From positions 1,489 to 65,488 of the IMG/VR virus record IMGVR_UViG_3300011339_000106: 64,000 bases of DNA; one strand, 5' to 3'. Positions 19,582 through 29,538 of this stretch are shown here, piece after piece. Source of the stretch: a virus. Lineage: Duplodnaviria; Caudoviricetes. The stretch's first letter is position 1; every line of letters begins with the position of its first letter. Under the pieces are notes generated by a model that saw nothing but the letters and a program-made list of their open reading frames with translations, did not search any database and was not told where the DNA came from. The translations under genes were made by a program, and so were the position numbers.

Positions 19582-19610
19582 AGGGTAGCACGGAGCTGCA
19601 GCTCCGTCAA
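19582..19610 (-). promoter_or_regulatory. Sigma70-like promoter with a perfect 18-bp dyad overlapping the spacer
   Basis: Minus strand TTGACG-N17-TACCCT; ACGGAGCTGCAGCTCCGT at 19590-19607. Confidence 0.5.
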
Positions 19611-19621
19611 GCCCTCGCCGG

Positions 19622-19650
19622 AAAAGAAAAAGCCCGCCGAAGCGGGCTTT
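19622..19650 (-). terminator. Rho-independent terminator after the major capsid gene
   Basis: AAAGCCCGC-TTCG-GCGGGCTTT followed by T run on the minus strand. Confidence 0.9.
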
Positions 19651-19673
19651 GGTACTCAATTAACGTATGTTAA

Positions 19674-20582
19674 TTACGCACCGGGGCTTCCATAAATTCC
19701 GAGTGGATCGCTGACCCCAAAAGAATACCTCTCACGTGCCTTATACCTAGCATTGCCGGTATCAAAATCAGCATCCATAGAGGTAGCCATAGGCACACGC
19801 ACGAAGTGCTTCAGACCGTTGGGCACATCCGTGGTCAGGAACCACGCATTGGTGTCGGTCAAGAAGTGGTTAACGGTGTATCCCTCAGGGATAGAGCCGT
19901 TGTTCTTCAGTGCGTTGATGTCGTTATCAGCGGTGCTCACACGCAGGCTGGTTTCCAGCAGGCGGGTTGCCGTGAACATCAGGGCCGGGGGAACAACCAG
20001 CTTACGCGGCTTGGCAGCGATCAGCAGACCACGCTCATCCGTCCAACCAGCGATCTGAATAACGGCGGCTTCCAAGGAAGTCTCGTTCAGGTCGGCGGCG
20101 GTAGCCGGGCGGTTGCTGTTGGTGCCACCAGAGACCAGCGGGTGAGCGGTCGAGAACAGGGCTTGTCCGTCGCCGTAGGTAACAGCGCTGTTGAAACCGT
20201 TGTTCAGGATGGCAGCAGCCTTGACCTGCTTCGTGTAAGCCATAGCACGAGCCAGGGCCTTCGTGTAGCGGGCCGACAGACTGTCGTACAGGTTGTCTTC
20301 CATCGCCTCTTCGGTGACGGAGAAACCCATAGCGATGGTCTCGTGGTTGTAACGAGCGGTCCAGGCCTCTTGCGCGTTGTCGTAAGAGATTGATTGACCT
20401 TCGTTCTTCACCGGAGCGGCGCTGAAGCCGGAGAGCTTGGTTTCTTCTTCGAACGAGCGCTCTGAGGACTCGGTCTCGTAGATTTCCTTGTGCTCTTCGC
20501 CGTAGCGCTTGTACTCCATGCCGAACAGAGCGTTCAGGCCAGGGAGCAGTTCCTTGAGTAGTTGGGCGCGTGAAATTGCCAT
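19674..20582 (-). CDS. Major capsid protein
   Basis: 302 aa; MAISRAQLLKELLPGLNALFG, EG..I.YD, TEEA.EDNLY, RERYSFG..DP; strong RBS; terminator downstream. Confidence 0.9.
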   Translation of the reverse strand: MAISRAQLLKELLPGLNALFGMEYKRYGEEHKEIYETESSERSFEEETKLSGFSAAPVKNEGQSISYDNAQEAWTARYNHETIAMGFSVTEEAMEDNLYDSLSARYTKALARAMAYTKQVKAAAILNNGFNSAVTYGDGQALFSTAHPLVSGGTNSNRPATAADLNETSLEAAVIQIAGWTDERGLLIAAKPRKLVVPPALMFTATRLLETSLRVSTADNDINALKNNGSIPEGYTVNHFLTDTNAWFLTTDVPNGLKHFVRVPMATSMDADFDTGNARYKARERYSFGVSDPLGIYGSPGA

Positions 20583-20595
20583 TTTGTGTTACTCC

Positions 20596-21450
20596 TTAGA
20601 TCGCAACTGCGACATCATAGGCGTGGTAACCGGCATTCCACTTCACCAGCACCTCTTGGAAGCCGTTGAAGGTCAGAGTACCCGTTTGCCCAGTGGTGGC
20701 AGACGTAGCTTGCGACAGCGTCACCGTGGTGCCACTGACAGCCGCCACATACGTACCGGCTTGCACGTTCAGACCCGTGACCAGCATGCCGGTCTTGATC
20801 GAAGCGTTTGCAGCAGCCAGCGTCACCGAGGTGCTTGCGTTACCAGTGGTAGCGGTTTGCGTCACCAGCAACTGGGTCTCCGGCACCATCTGAACGATGC
20901 GGAACGGAGCGGTAGCCGTGCGGCGCACGTTGCCCGAAGCCAGCATCAGACCGACGTTGGAGTTGCCGCTGAAGTTGGAACCCGTACCGTTGTTTGCGGT
21001 GGCGGTAGCCATCGAAGTCAGGTTGGTGCCCAGAGCAGCAGCAGGAACGCAGCCCAGCACCGGGGTGCCAGAAGCGTTGTACTGGATGATCGCAGCCTTG
21101 ATGATGATGTCCGGGTCATCGCTGACGTAGGCCACAGCATCAGAAGCCACGGTGTTAGCCGCCCAGCTCTGATAGCGCTGCTTGCCGAACAGAGGACCGC
21201 CAGCCGGGGTGTATTCACAGCCCAGGAAGACGCCCAGAGTACCGCCAGTTTCTGCCGCAGCAGAGTTGAACGCCAGACCAGAGGTGATCAGCGTGCCGTC
21301 AGAGGTGAACTTGACCGGATCACCGAAGTACAGGGAAGCGTTATACCCGCTGGCAATCGGGATCATTCGCGTGGAACCCGCGAAGACCTGACCACCAATC
21401 AGGTTAACCGGAATTAGACCGTAAGGTCCTTCTACGGTAGGGTAAGCCAT
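20596..21450 (-). CDS. Capsid decoration/accessory head protein
   Basis: 284 aa; PYGL.PV..IGG, I..G.....GD.V, GVF.GCEYT; immediately upstream of the capsid gene. Confidence 0.6.
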   Translation of the reverse strand: MAYPTVEGPYGLIPVNLIGGQVFAGSTRMIPIASGYNASLYFGDPVKFTSDGTLITSGLAFNSAAAETGGTLGVFLGCEYTPAGGPLFGKQRYQSWAANTVASDAVAYVSDDPDIIIKAAIIQYNASGTPVLGCVPAAALGTNLTSMATATANNGTGSNFSGNSNVGLMLASGNVRRTATAPFRIVQMVPETQLLVTQTATTGNASTSVTLAAANASIKTGMLVTGLNVQAGTYVAAVSGTTVTLSQATSATTGQTGTLTFNGFQEVLVKWNAGYHAYDVAVAI

Positions 21451-21466
21451 TTAAGACTCCTTGAAT

Positions 21467-21913
21467 TTACGAGCCGCGTCCGAACGAAACCTCCGAGCGG
21501 CGCTCCCTAAACAGAGGCATCCGAGGATCGTTCTCGCGCATGAAGTTGTTGTCCACTGACTGCATTTGCCCGTCCGCTTGTTGGCGGAAGTGGTTGTTGC
21601 GCTGTTCAGTGAACTCCTTTGGTGTTTTGCAAAGCAGGAGACCGCCAATCTCAATGCTGTCTGGGAACTTGCCGGAGCCGGTGCCCATCAGTTGGATTTC
21701 GGGATGCTCGCTCGCTTTCACAGGCTCCCAGCCTTCGCGGAGCTTTGAGGACACGTTCATCGGGTCATTGGTCCCGAGAGTGCTGACGCGAATCCAACGG
21801 AAAGCATACCCTTCTTCCGGGTTCGGATCGGGCAGGAGTTGGGGAGGCATCCATTGCTTGGGCCGTTCAGCCTTTGCGCGGGTGTCCAATTCACGAGAAT
21901 TACGTTCAGCCAT
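21467..21913 (-). CDS. Conserved head-assembly protein
   Basis: W.PP..LP.P...G..FRWIR...D..NV..KLREGWEPV; IGGLLLCK. Confidence 0.65.
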   Translation of the reverse strand: MAERNSRELDTRAKAERPKQWMPPQLLPDPNPEEGYAFRWIRVSTLGTNDPMNVSSKLREGWEPVKASEHPEIQLMGTGSGKFPDSIEIGGLLLCKTPKEFTEQRNNHFRQQADGQMQSVDNNFMRENDPRMPLFRERRSEVSFGRGS

Positions 21914-22850
21914 TTTGTTTCCTCATATCTTCCGCAACCTGACGCGCATAGGCTTCCAGAGGAACCCCAAGGCGCTTGGCGATGTTGACTTGTGATTGTG
22001 TAAGCACGATCTTTCTGGGCGCTGTGCTACGTGTGGCGGGGGCTACAACAGACGACTTCTTTGCCGGTTTTCCTGAGGGGAACGCATCTGGGAAAACTTG
22101 ACGCATCCGAGAATTGATCTTCTCGTAATACTCGTCGCTTGTTGGGTCAACACCGCCTTTCACAAGTCGTTCATGTGCTGCAAGAGCCAGCGCCGTCATT
22201 TCTTCGTCTTTTCCAAACCACGGATTGGAATCCTGCCACGCACGGGCCTTGGAATCGACTTGCGGCACAAACTCTTGGGCTTGCGGAACGGGTTGTACTA
22301 CAGGCGCGGGAGCTTGTAAAGGGGCCGGCTTGAAGTTATTCACCCGCTCGGCCCGATTGACCGCTTTGGCAAGCTCTTCCTGTGCAGCAACGATACCTTC
22401 AGTATCAAACGCCTCGTGCGCAACCTTGAGCTTGGCTTTGGCCTGCTCAATCTCGTTGGCAACAACCTTCTTGGCCTGCTCAAGCAATGCCTGCTGCCCT
22501 TGCCCCAAACTGCCTTGCAGGCGCTTGTTCTCTTCGACAAGGTTCTGCGCAAGACGTAGCGCTTCCTCGCGCTCGCGCAGTGCAGCTTCTTTGGCCCTGC
22601 GCTCTTCGTGATACCCCTTGGAGAAGTGCTGGATGCGCTTCTTGACGCCTTCGGAATACTGCTCAAGCTCGTCGTCGGTGACCTCTGCCGGGGCCTCCTT
22701 CATGGGCTTGCGACCCTTATCAGCTTCCGGCGTGTCGTCTACAACCTCAATTTCAGGCGCAGTTTCAACTTCGTATTCCACCTTCTCTTCAGAGGTAGAC
22801 ACAGGGGTCTCATCGGGAAACTTAAATTCTTCGTTTTGGACATTTGCCAT
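21906..22850 (-). CDS. Capsid scaffolding protein
   Basis: 314 aa acidic coiled coil; W...NPWFG; C-terminal LTQSQVNIAKRLGVPLEAYA; lies between portal and capsid genes. Confidence 0.7.
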   Translation of the reverse strand: MANVQNEEFKFPDETPVSTSEEKVEYEVETAPEIEVVDDTPEADKGRKPMKEAPAEVTDDELEQYSEGVKKRIQHFSKGYHEERRAKEAALREREEALRLAQNLVEENKRLQGSLGQGQQALLEQAKKVVANEIEQAKAKLKVAHEAFDTEGIVAAQEELAKAVNRAERVNNFKPAPLQAPAPVVQPVPQAQEFVPQVDSKARAWQDSNPWFGKDEEMTALALAAHERLVKGGVDPTSDEYYEKINSRMRQVFPDAFPSGKPAKKSSVVAPATRSTAPRKIVLTQSQVNIAKRLGVPLEAYARQVAEDMRKQNG

Positions 22851-22860
22851 GAGTTACTCC

Positions 22861-23259
22861 TTATGCGCGCTTGATACCACGGGGATCTTGCACAACAGCC
22901 TCAACGCTGTCGTCATTGATCAGGCGGAACTCTTGGCCGTGGATCTTCAGTCGCGTACCCGTGTTAGGGCGCACAAGGACAAAATCTCCTACCTTGCACG
23001 AAGGCCCACTGGGAAAGCGCAGTGGATCTTTGTAGCAGTCTGGCCCCATCTTGGCGACAAACAGCACCGGACTCATCACCTCTTCAAAGTGCATGGTCTG
23101 ACCTGCCTTAGCAAGCCCACTCTCATACTCTTCTTCAGCTTTGGGCAAGACGCACAGCAGGTGGTAAGTCACCGGATCGGGCACCTGACGGGCCTTTTCA
23201 GCGTCGGTTTGCGGCAATACCGTTGTGGTTTCGCCATCACTCAGGAGAATTTCACTCAT
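22861..23259 (-). CDS. groES: GroES-like co-chaperonin
   Basis: P....LL.LP...E....G; V.KMGPDCY; CKVGDFVL...G.....G.EFRLINDD.V.AVV. Confidence 0.85.
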   Translation of the reverse strand: MSEILLSDGETTTVLPQTDAEKARQVPDPVTYHLLCVLPKAEEEYESGLAKAGQTMHFEEVMSPVLFVAKMGPDCYKDPLRFPSGPSCKVGDFVLVRPNTGTRLKIHGQEFRLINDDSVEAVVQDPRGIKRA

Positions 23260-23446
23260 CGTCGTTTTCCATCTTTCGCACGAGGTCGATTACAAAAGCA
23301 TGTACGCGTGATAGACCTCGGATCTCACCGCACAAGTCCTTGTACTCAGCGAAATCTTTCGCTGAGCCTGAGATAAGCGCCTGGGCGATGGACTCCCGGC
23401 GCTCCTCAATTTCCTTAATGACTACGTCGAACGCAGTAGTCGCCAT
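23252..23446 (-). CDS. Small conserved phage protein
   Basis: 64 aa; G.AKDFAEYK.LCGEIRGL. Confidence 0.7.
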   Translation of the reverse strand: MATTAFDVVIKEIEERRESIAQALISGSAKDFAEYKDLCGEIRGLSRVHAFVIDLVRKMENDDE

Positions 23447-23449
23447 TCG

Positions 23450-25921
23450 TTACTCCTTGGGTTTCTGCGTCTGTTGACGCATTGCTTGCTGCTGCATCTG
23501 CTGCCGAATCTTCTGCTGGTGCATGCGCTCTTTGTGCGTCATGTCCTGCTGGGCGCGGGCTTGGCGTTCTTGCAACTCCTGCTGCGCCCGCACGGCCTTC
23601 ATCTGCGGCGGCTCGCCCTGGTTCTTCTGGGCCTCCATCGCCAGTCGCTGCGCCTCAAGCTGCAACTTCTGCTGCGCGATCTGGAAGTCCATCTGATCGT
23701 TCTGAGACTTGCGCTGCATCTCAGCCTGCTTCAACTGCAACTCTGCCCGGGCCATCTGAAGCTCAGGGTTCATCGCTTGCTGCTGCGCCTGCATCTGTGC
23801 CGCCATCGCTTGGTTCTGGACCATCGTGCGCTGCGCTGCAGCGGCGATCAGCGGAGCCAGTGCCTTCTCGTCTTCAGGTGCGATGGGAGCGTTCTCTTCC
23901 TCATCCAGCGTGGGCAACGGGACACCCAGAGCCATCTCGACCTGAGCGCGGTATGCAAACGCCGCATGCTCTGCGATGTGCGCCATGAGAGCGGCCATCA
24001 TTTGCTGCGCCATCGGGTTCTGTCCCAGCGTGGACATGACCTTCGGGTCCTGCATGAACATCTGATGCGTGCCCATGTGGGCCTCGTGGTCCTGATACGC
24101 AAACGCCTTGATGGGCTTGCCCCGCAGCACGTTCATGTTCTCGGTCACGGGATCTTGTGGCTTCTGGTCTTGCGGCAGCGCAACAAGTTTCTCGGCATTC
24201 TTGATCCCCAGCACCTCCAGCATCTGCCGGTGCAACTGCGGCAGGTCATAGATCTGCGGAGCACCCTGTGCGAGTTGAAGCGCGGCTTGGTACTGCATGA
24301 TCCGCTGCGCCATCGTGGCGGCGTTCGGATCGCTGACCGGGATCACTTCGACTACGTCGTAGTCGGCCTGTTTAACGGACCTGTCACCACCTTCCGGGGT
24401 GTAAGCGTAGTCAGGCGGCAGGAAGTCACGGATGATGTTCTTCAGGAGCTTGAACTCCATGCGAAGGGACGCATGGACCCGCGCTTGAACAGCGCTCATG
24501 GTCTTCAACTGCCGCTCAAGGATAGCCAGCGTGGTGCCTACAGGGGCCTGGGCGCTCATGTCAGAGACCTTCAAGTCCGCGATGGCGGCAAGGCGACGGC
24601 CTTCTTCTGTGATGCGCTCCAGCAGTGCTGCAAGCACCTGTGAGGGCTCCTTGTACGGCAGCGGCATGAGGTTGTCACGCACGGTGCCGGAGGGCACATC
24701 TACGTCACGGAACTCACCCGGAGCGATGGGCGTGTCATCGCCCTTGATCCGCAAGCCACGGCTCTTCAGACCACCGGGCAGGTTCGCCAGGGTGCCCGCG
24801 TCAACGAGTTGACGGATGATGGAAGTGCCTGCACGGGCGTAGCCACCGATGATGTGGATGTACCCCAAGCCGTACGCGCCAAAGCCGGGGATGTACGTGT
24901 ACTGCACGAAGTGCTGGCGCTTGAGCTTGCGCTCGTCGTCCTCTTCCCAGTTACGGCGAATAGCCAGCACCTCTTGGGTCCCTCTGTCGAGGGTCACCAC
25001 GTAAGGCAGAGGAACCTCGTCCTCATACCCAGGCATGTCCCAGTCAACGTGGATTTCCAGAAGCTGGAACCGGTCGTCGTCAGTAAGGGAATACCCTTGC
25101 TCTTCTGCCTTTTTCTTCTCAATGTCCGTCAGGATGCGCGTGGGCTCACCTAGGTCTACCTCGCGGTAGAAACCTGCAACCTGCAGTTTCTTGATCTCGT
25201 TCTCCGTCTTGCGCATCACATGGGTGACGCGCTCAGCGGTGTAAACATTGCTTGCCCCATAGGGCATGATCAGGTCTTCAGCCGGGACAAACGGCGCAGC
25301 AGGCAGTTCCGTGCTCGGGTTCGGGTAGATCTTCTTGAACGCAGCACCGGACAGGCCCAGGCTGTAGAGCATGCGCTCGTGCTCTGAGCGGTAGTCGATC
25401 ATCCGCTCGGTCAGCATGAAGTTCATGTCATCACGGACACGGTCTGCAGCCTCTTCCTTCATGCGGTCGATGGCACCGATGATCTGCGTCTTGACCGGAC
25501 CCTGCGCAGGGAAGGTCTCGGTGATCATCTCTGACTGGAAGCGGATTGCCGCCTCTGTGAGGAGGGGCGAGTAAACGCCACAAGCACCAGACCAAGGCTC
25601 GGTGCGCTCTTCGTACTTCATGCCAAGGACTTCCAAGCCCTTGACAAACATCTCTGTCCAGTCTTTGCGACTGTTGATGTCGGCGTCTACCAGCGCGATC
25701 AGTTCGCTGGCGAGGGACTGAAGCTCCGAGCCGTCCATGTACTCGGCCAAGTTTGCGTCAAACGAGTCGGCGGTTTCGGGTTCCGGCATCAGATCGATCT
25801 CTACGCCGTCAAGTCCTATCTTGACACCCTTCGGGTCCTCAATTTCAATCTCGATGGCGGGTTCGTCGCTCATGAGGGCGGGGTCGAGCGGAGAGAGCGC
25901 TTGGTCGATGTTGGTAGCCAT
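23450..25921 (-). CDS. Portal protein (P22-like)
   Basis: 823 aa after TerL; SRKDW, EPW.GAC.V..PLL.EA..RFQ, G.AFKK; Q-rich C-terminal barrel. Confidence 0.9.
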   Translation of the reverse strand: MATNIDQALSPLDPALMSDEPAIEIEIEDPKGVKIGLDGVEIDLMPEPETADSFDANLAEYMDGSELQSLASELIALVDADINSRKDWTEMFVKGLEVLGMKYEERTEPWSGACGVYSPLLTEAAIRFQSEMITETFPAQGPVKTQIIGAIDRMKEEAADRVRDDMNFMLTERMIDYRSEHERMLYSLGLSGAAFKKIYPNPSTELPAAPFVPAEDLIMPYGASNVYTAERVTHVMRKTENEIKKLQVAGFYREVDLGEPTRILTDIEKKKAEEQGYSLTDDDRFQLLEIHVDWDMPGYEDEVPLPYVVTLDRGTQEVLAIRRNWEEDDERKLKRQHFVQYTYIPGFGAYGLGYIHIIGGYARAGTSIIRQLVDAGTLANLPGGLKSRGLRIKGDDTPIAPGEFRDVDVPSGTVRDNLMPLPYKEPSQVLAALLERITEEGRRLAAIADLKVSDMSAQAPVGTTLAILERQLKTMSAVQARVHASLRMEFKLLKNIIRDFLPPDYAYTPEGGDRSVKQADYDVVEVIPVSDPNAATMAQRIMQYQAALQLAQGAPQIYDLPQLHRQMLEVLGIKNAEKLVALPQDQKPQDPVTENMNVLRGKPIKAFAYQDHEAHMGTHQMFMQDPKVMSTLGQNPMAQQMMAALMAHIAEHAAFAYRAQVEMALGVPLPTLDEEENAPIAPEDEKALAPLIAAAAQRTMVQNQAMAAQMQAQQQAMNPELQMARAELQLKQAEMQRKSQNDQMDFQIAQQKLQLEAQRLAMEAQKNQGEPPQMKAVRAQQELQERQARAQQDMTHKERMHQQKIRQQMQQQAMRQQTQKPKE

Positions 25922-25930
25922 TTGGTGTCC

Positions 25931-27484
25931 TTAGTAATACGCAGCGCGGCGCAGGCTGCGCCACTGTTTCGGTTCTTCGGGCTCGTCTGACGGCAGACGG
26001 ATGAACCCGCCCTGTCGCATCCGCATGAGCGCTTGTGTGCAAGTATCGACGTAGTCGTCATGTTCGCCCGCTGGGAAGGCTGCAACTTCTTCGACGACCT
26101 CGCGTGCCCAACGCGTGTCTGGGGCCCATACGCGGCCCGAGGAGAACATATCCGACACGGCGTTGAGGCGCACTACCTTGTCGTTGCTGGAGCCCGCCTT
26201 GCCCCGGCTGGGGCTGAACTCGCTGATGGGGATGCCCATCGAGCGTAGCTCTTGTATCAGGGGCGCTCCTGCGGCCTTCTTCTCGATCAAACACGCGTCA
26301 GGTTCCCACTCCTTGTAGTACTCGATGGCACGCTTCTTGAGGTCGGGGAACGCCCACCGCCCCTTGATGGCGTCGAGAATGATGATGTGCGCGTTGTCGT
26401 TGTCTTCCTCGTTGAACCACACGCCCCACGTTGTGCAGGCGCTGTAGTCAGCGGAGGTCTTGGTCTCATGCGCCGTGTCCCACGACTGGATGATGTACTC
26501 GCACTTCGGCGGCTTCTCTGGTTCCCAGATCTGCCACATATCGCGCTTGATAACTGCGGCCACCTCTGAGGTGGGGTTCTGCATGTACTGCGCCTGCCAG
26601 AACCGTGGGTCCATGCCTGCGCGTTTGGCCTGAAGCTGTTCCAGGGGCCACTGTCCGGGCCAGAGCGACTTCTCATCGGGCGTGTTCTCGTGCAGGATGG
26701 CCGGAAGCTCGACGATTTCCCACTTGTCGGCGTCAGGATTCTTGATCTGGTGGCTGATAAGCTGCCCAGTGAGGTCAATCTGTGACCACCGGGTCATGAT
26801 GACGATGATCGCACCCCCAGGCATCAAGCGCTGGAGAGGACCGGTCTGGAACCAGTTCCAAGCCGCGTCGAACGGCGTGCGTGTACCGGCTTTTAGATCT
26901 TGTTCCGAGTGCGGATCGTCAATGACAAAGAGATCGGCACCACGGCCAGCAATAGAGCCCCCTACGCCTACGGCATAGTACTGCCCCCCATCAGTTGTAG
27001 ACCATTTTCCTGACGCTTTTTGGTCTTCTGACACCTTTGTATCAGGGAAAACGGTCGGATAGTCCTCGGCAAGTATCAAATTCTTGATGCGACGACCAAA
27101 ATCCTCAGACAGGGACGCAGTGTGCGTACCCATGATGATCTTTTTATGTGGGAATTTGCCTAAAAAATAGGCAGGAAACAGGTATGAACTGAATTCTGAC
27201 TTCCCCATACGAGGCGCGATGTTGATGATCAAGCGCTTTTTCTTGCCTGAAACAACGTCCTCGAAGATTTTTGCCAGTTGGCGGTGGTGCGGGCCTTCTT
27301 TGAAGCCCGGATAGAGCATATGAGCGAAGCCCAGCAAGGAGTTTTGAGCGGATGCTATTTTGTGTCGGCGCTCTTTCTCTTCTAGCAGGTCAAAAAGCTC
27401 CATTTTCTCCTTGACGGACATGGCTGGAAGCGCCATTTGAATGGCGTTAGCCTCCTGCTGCGTCAGGAAATCAGGCAGACGCAT
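25931..27484 (-). CDS. terL: Terminase large subunit
   Basis: INIAPRMGKS Walker A, GRGADLFVIDDPH Walker B, MTRW, QSWDTA...ADYSAC, IEKKAAG, FP.GEHDD.VD. Confidence 0.95.
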   Translation of the reverse strand: MRLPDFLTQQEANAIQMALPAMSVKEKMELFDLLEEKERRHKIASAQNSLLGFAHMLYPGFKEGPHHRQLAKIFEDVVSGKKKRLIINIAPRMGKSEFSSYLFPAYFLGKFPHKKIIMGTHTASLSEDFGRRIKNLILAEDYPTVFPDTKVSEDQKASGKWSTTDGGQYYAVGVGGSIAGRGADLFVIDDPHSEQDLKAGTRTPFDAAWNWFQTGPLQRLMPGGAIIVIMTRWSQIDLTGQLISHQIKNPDADKWEIVELPAILHENTPDEKSLWPGQWPLEQLQAKRAGMDPRFWQAQYMQNPTSEVAAVIKRDMWQIWEPEKPPKCEYIIQSWDTAHETKTSADYSACTTWGVWFNEEDNDNAHIIILDAIKGRWAFPDLKKRAIEYYKEWEPDACLIEKKAAGAPLIQELRSMGIPISEFSPSRGKAGSSNDKVVRLNAVSDMFSSGRVWAPDTRWAREVVEEVAAFPAGEHDDYVDTCTQALMRMRQGGFIRLPSDEPEEPKQWRSLRRAAYY

Positions 27485-28067
27485 CCGCGTCCTCCCCGCT
27501 ACGCTCTACAAGCACGGCGTCGGTAGGACTGAGGTCCGTAACGCCCATGAACCGCGACAATTTTTCCTTGATCTTGGCATCAAGCTCCGTGTCCTTCATC
27601 TCGGTCTTCTTGACCTCGACACGGTCGGTGAAGAGCGCCACTTCAGTGACTCGGCCCAGTAGCTCCAGAGCGCGTAGGCGTATGCGGGCGTCGGGGTGTT
27701 CTACCTCTTCGAGGATTTTTGACACCGCGTAGCCGCGTAGTTCCTTGGCCTGATGAACAAACTCCCAGTCGTAGGCAGTCAGCATGCCTGTCAGGTGCCT
27801 GACAGCCGCTGGAGTCTTGAGCGCCAGGAGCTTGGCGCGTTGCTTGTCGTCGGTGTCGGGCTTGACGAGCGCTTGAAATGCACCCTGAGCCAGCGAAGAG
27901 GCTGCTGTGGCGTCGGCGGTGTCTGCCGTAGGCGCACCTAAAGAGGTGAGCCAGTCAGTTGTGCTGTGCTGCGCGTTGAGTAGCTCTTCAGGCGTGGCCT
28001 TATCTACCGGGCGCAGCCCGCCTATGGCGTCTATTGGCGGCTCGAAGTCAAGCAAATGGTCCAGCAT
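27471..28067 (-). CDS. Putative terminase small subunit
   Basis: 198 aa directly upstream of and overlapping TerL; RIRLRALELLG helical motif. Confidence 0.6.
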   Translation of the reverse strand: MLDHLLDFEPPIDAIGGLRPVDKATPEELLNAQHSTTDWLTSLGAPTADTADATAASSLAQGAFQALVKPDTDDKQRAKLLALKTPAAVRHLTGMLTAYDWEFVHQAKELRGYAVSKILEEVEHPDARIRLRALELLGRVTEVALFTDRVEVKKTEMKDTELDAKIKEKLSRFMGVTDLSPTDAVLVERSGEDADASA

Positions 28068-28099
28068 ATTGTCGCAGGGCTTGCGCCCGAGTTGGGCGC

Positions 28100-28128
28100 A
28101 GTGTATGCTTGCGCCTGTCTCCTTGCAA
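28100..28128 (-). promoter_or_regulatory. Sigma70-like promoter for the packaging/morphogenesis arm
   Basis: TTGCAA-N17-TACACT on the minus strand, just upstream of the TerS ATG. Confidence 0.6.
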
Positions 28129-28174
28129 GTGTGCTACTTGCTTTCTCCCTGAGTGGTCGTAAGACTGCTTTAAG

Positions 28175-28202
28175 TCCCGGGCTAAACCCCCGGGATTTTT
28201 TT
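28175..28202 (+). terminator. Hairpin plus T-run in the divergent region
   Basis: TCCCGGG-CTAAACC-CCCGGGA-TTTTTTT. Confidence 0.55.
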
Positions 28203-28521
28203 ATTTGTGCTTGTCAAAAGTTTGACAGAAATAGTCTGGGATTTTTTAGAAATTTAAGCTACGTTTTATGTGGCGTGGTATGGGGGTGGGCAGCAAAAGT
28301 GCAGATTTGACGTGCACAGCAAAAATCTGATTTGTGGTGCCGCTGCGATTTGTAAAAAATGTGTAGTGTGGTTGGGGATTCGTGTTCATACCACGACGCA
28401 GTACCTTGCTGCATACAGGGCCTCCCCGGGTACGGTGGGTTCTGGACTACGGGCAAAACGAATCGAAATACCCCCATATGTTAAAATGAACGTAGTGATT
28501 CGGTGGTTCGAGTCACACAAC

Positions 28522-28538
28522 AGGGACACGTTGTCCCC
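28522..28538. promoter_or_regulatory. Early-gene palindrome copy 1
   Basis: AGGGACA-CGT-TGTCCCC about 20 nt before ATG 28559. Confidence 0.7.
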
Positions 28539-28558
28539 ATTCACTCTGGAGATCTGTA

Positions 28559-28999
28559 ATGTCAATCAACAAGCAAGCATTCGTTGTCCTGAATCGTTTC
28601 GCTGACGCTGTCAATGAGGGTGTGAAGCAGCTTCGCCAAGGCCTGATGAGTGTCGGCATCACCACGGTCGAGGACGCGGAGCCCGTCGTGGTCGAGTGGG
28701 CAGCGCATCGGTACGCCTGTCCCCTCGTGGACGGCAAAGGCAAAGCCACGGGGCGCAAGGTCCTCGACAAGCACGCCGACACTTACGAGGCTGCACGCAA
28801 GGCCAAGCAACGCGTGATGGAAGCCCTGCGCGGTGACAGCGTCAACGGCAAGGCCGAGGGTCAGCACGCCGAGGCTGAGGAGGTCGAGATCCCTGCCGAG
28901 CTGCTCGCCGCTGCTCGCAAGCTGGCTGCTCTGGCGCAGCAGTACGAAGGTGCCCGCAAGATGGCCTCGCGTGCTCTGGCTACTGCGTTCGCCAAGTGA
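28559..28999 (+). CDS. First early gene, hypothetical helical protein
   Basis: 146 aa; GGAG RBS; phage-like codon usage. Confidence 0.8.
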   Translation: MSINKQAFVVLNRFADAVNEGVKQLRQGLMSVGITTVEDAEPVVVEWAAHRYACPLVDGKGKATGRKVLDKHADTYEAARKAKQRVMEALRGDSVNGKAEGQHAEAEEVEIPAELLAAARKLAALAQQYEGARKMASRALATAFAK

Positions 29000-29007
29000 T
29001 CGACAAC

Positions 29008-29024
29008 GGGGACACGATGTCCCC
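29008..29024. promoter_or_regulatory. Early-gene palindrome copy 2
   Basis: GGGGACA-CGA-TGTCCCC before AAAGGAG and ATG 29043. Confidence 0.75.
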
Positions 29025-29042
29025 AATCAAAGGAGAGAGACC

Positions 29043-29237
29043 ATGAGCAAGTCATACAAGCGTGAAGAGCGGGCGCAAGCCCGCGCTGTGCAGCAGCGGC
29101 GCGAAGCCCGTCATTCAAAGATTGAATCACGCCATTCAAGTTTTGAATCAAAGCCCCATGCAAGAACCGTGCCAACTACCCTCGTGGACGCAAGTCCAGG
29201 AACTGAGCGGCCCTGGCCACCAATAAAGACGCGCTAA
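29043..29237 (+). CDS. Small basic hypothetical protein
   Basis: MSKSYKREERAQ...; strong RBS AAAGGAG. Confidence 0.55.
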   Translation: MSKSYKREERAQARAVQQRREARHSKIESRHSSFESKPHARTVPTTLVDASPGTERPWPPIKTR

Positions 29238-29262
29238 GTGGTTGATGCACAAAGCGTTATCC

Positions 29263-29302
29263 ATATATATATAGATAAAGACAATTCTATTTATATATAT
29301 AT
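29263..29302. repeat. AT-rich imperfect inverted repeat with (TA)n arms
   Basis: ATATATATATAGATAAAG...CTATTTATATATATATA in a non-coding stretch of a GC-rich genome. Confidence 0.7.
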
Positions 29303-29538
29303 AAGGCTGGGCAAGCGGCTCTATCCACGAGGGCTCCTCAGCCTCTTTTCTTTTTCTCTTTTCTTTTGCCTTGTCTGTGTGTATGTTTTTTGTTTTGATC
29401 TTGTCTCGGGTACGTGTTGTGTTGCTTGCGCTTTGCGTGACAAGGACTTACAGTGCGCACCGAGGTGGCCAGTACTGCTCATTTGTTGGACAGCACTGGA
29501 CGCAACACTTATCATTCTGGTAACCATCAACCCTCAAC

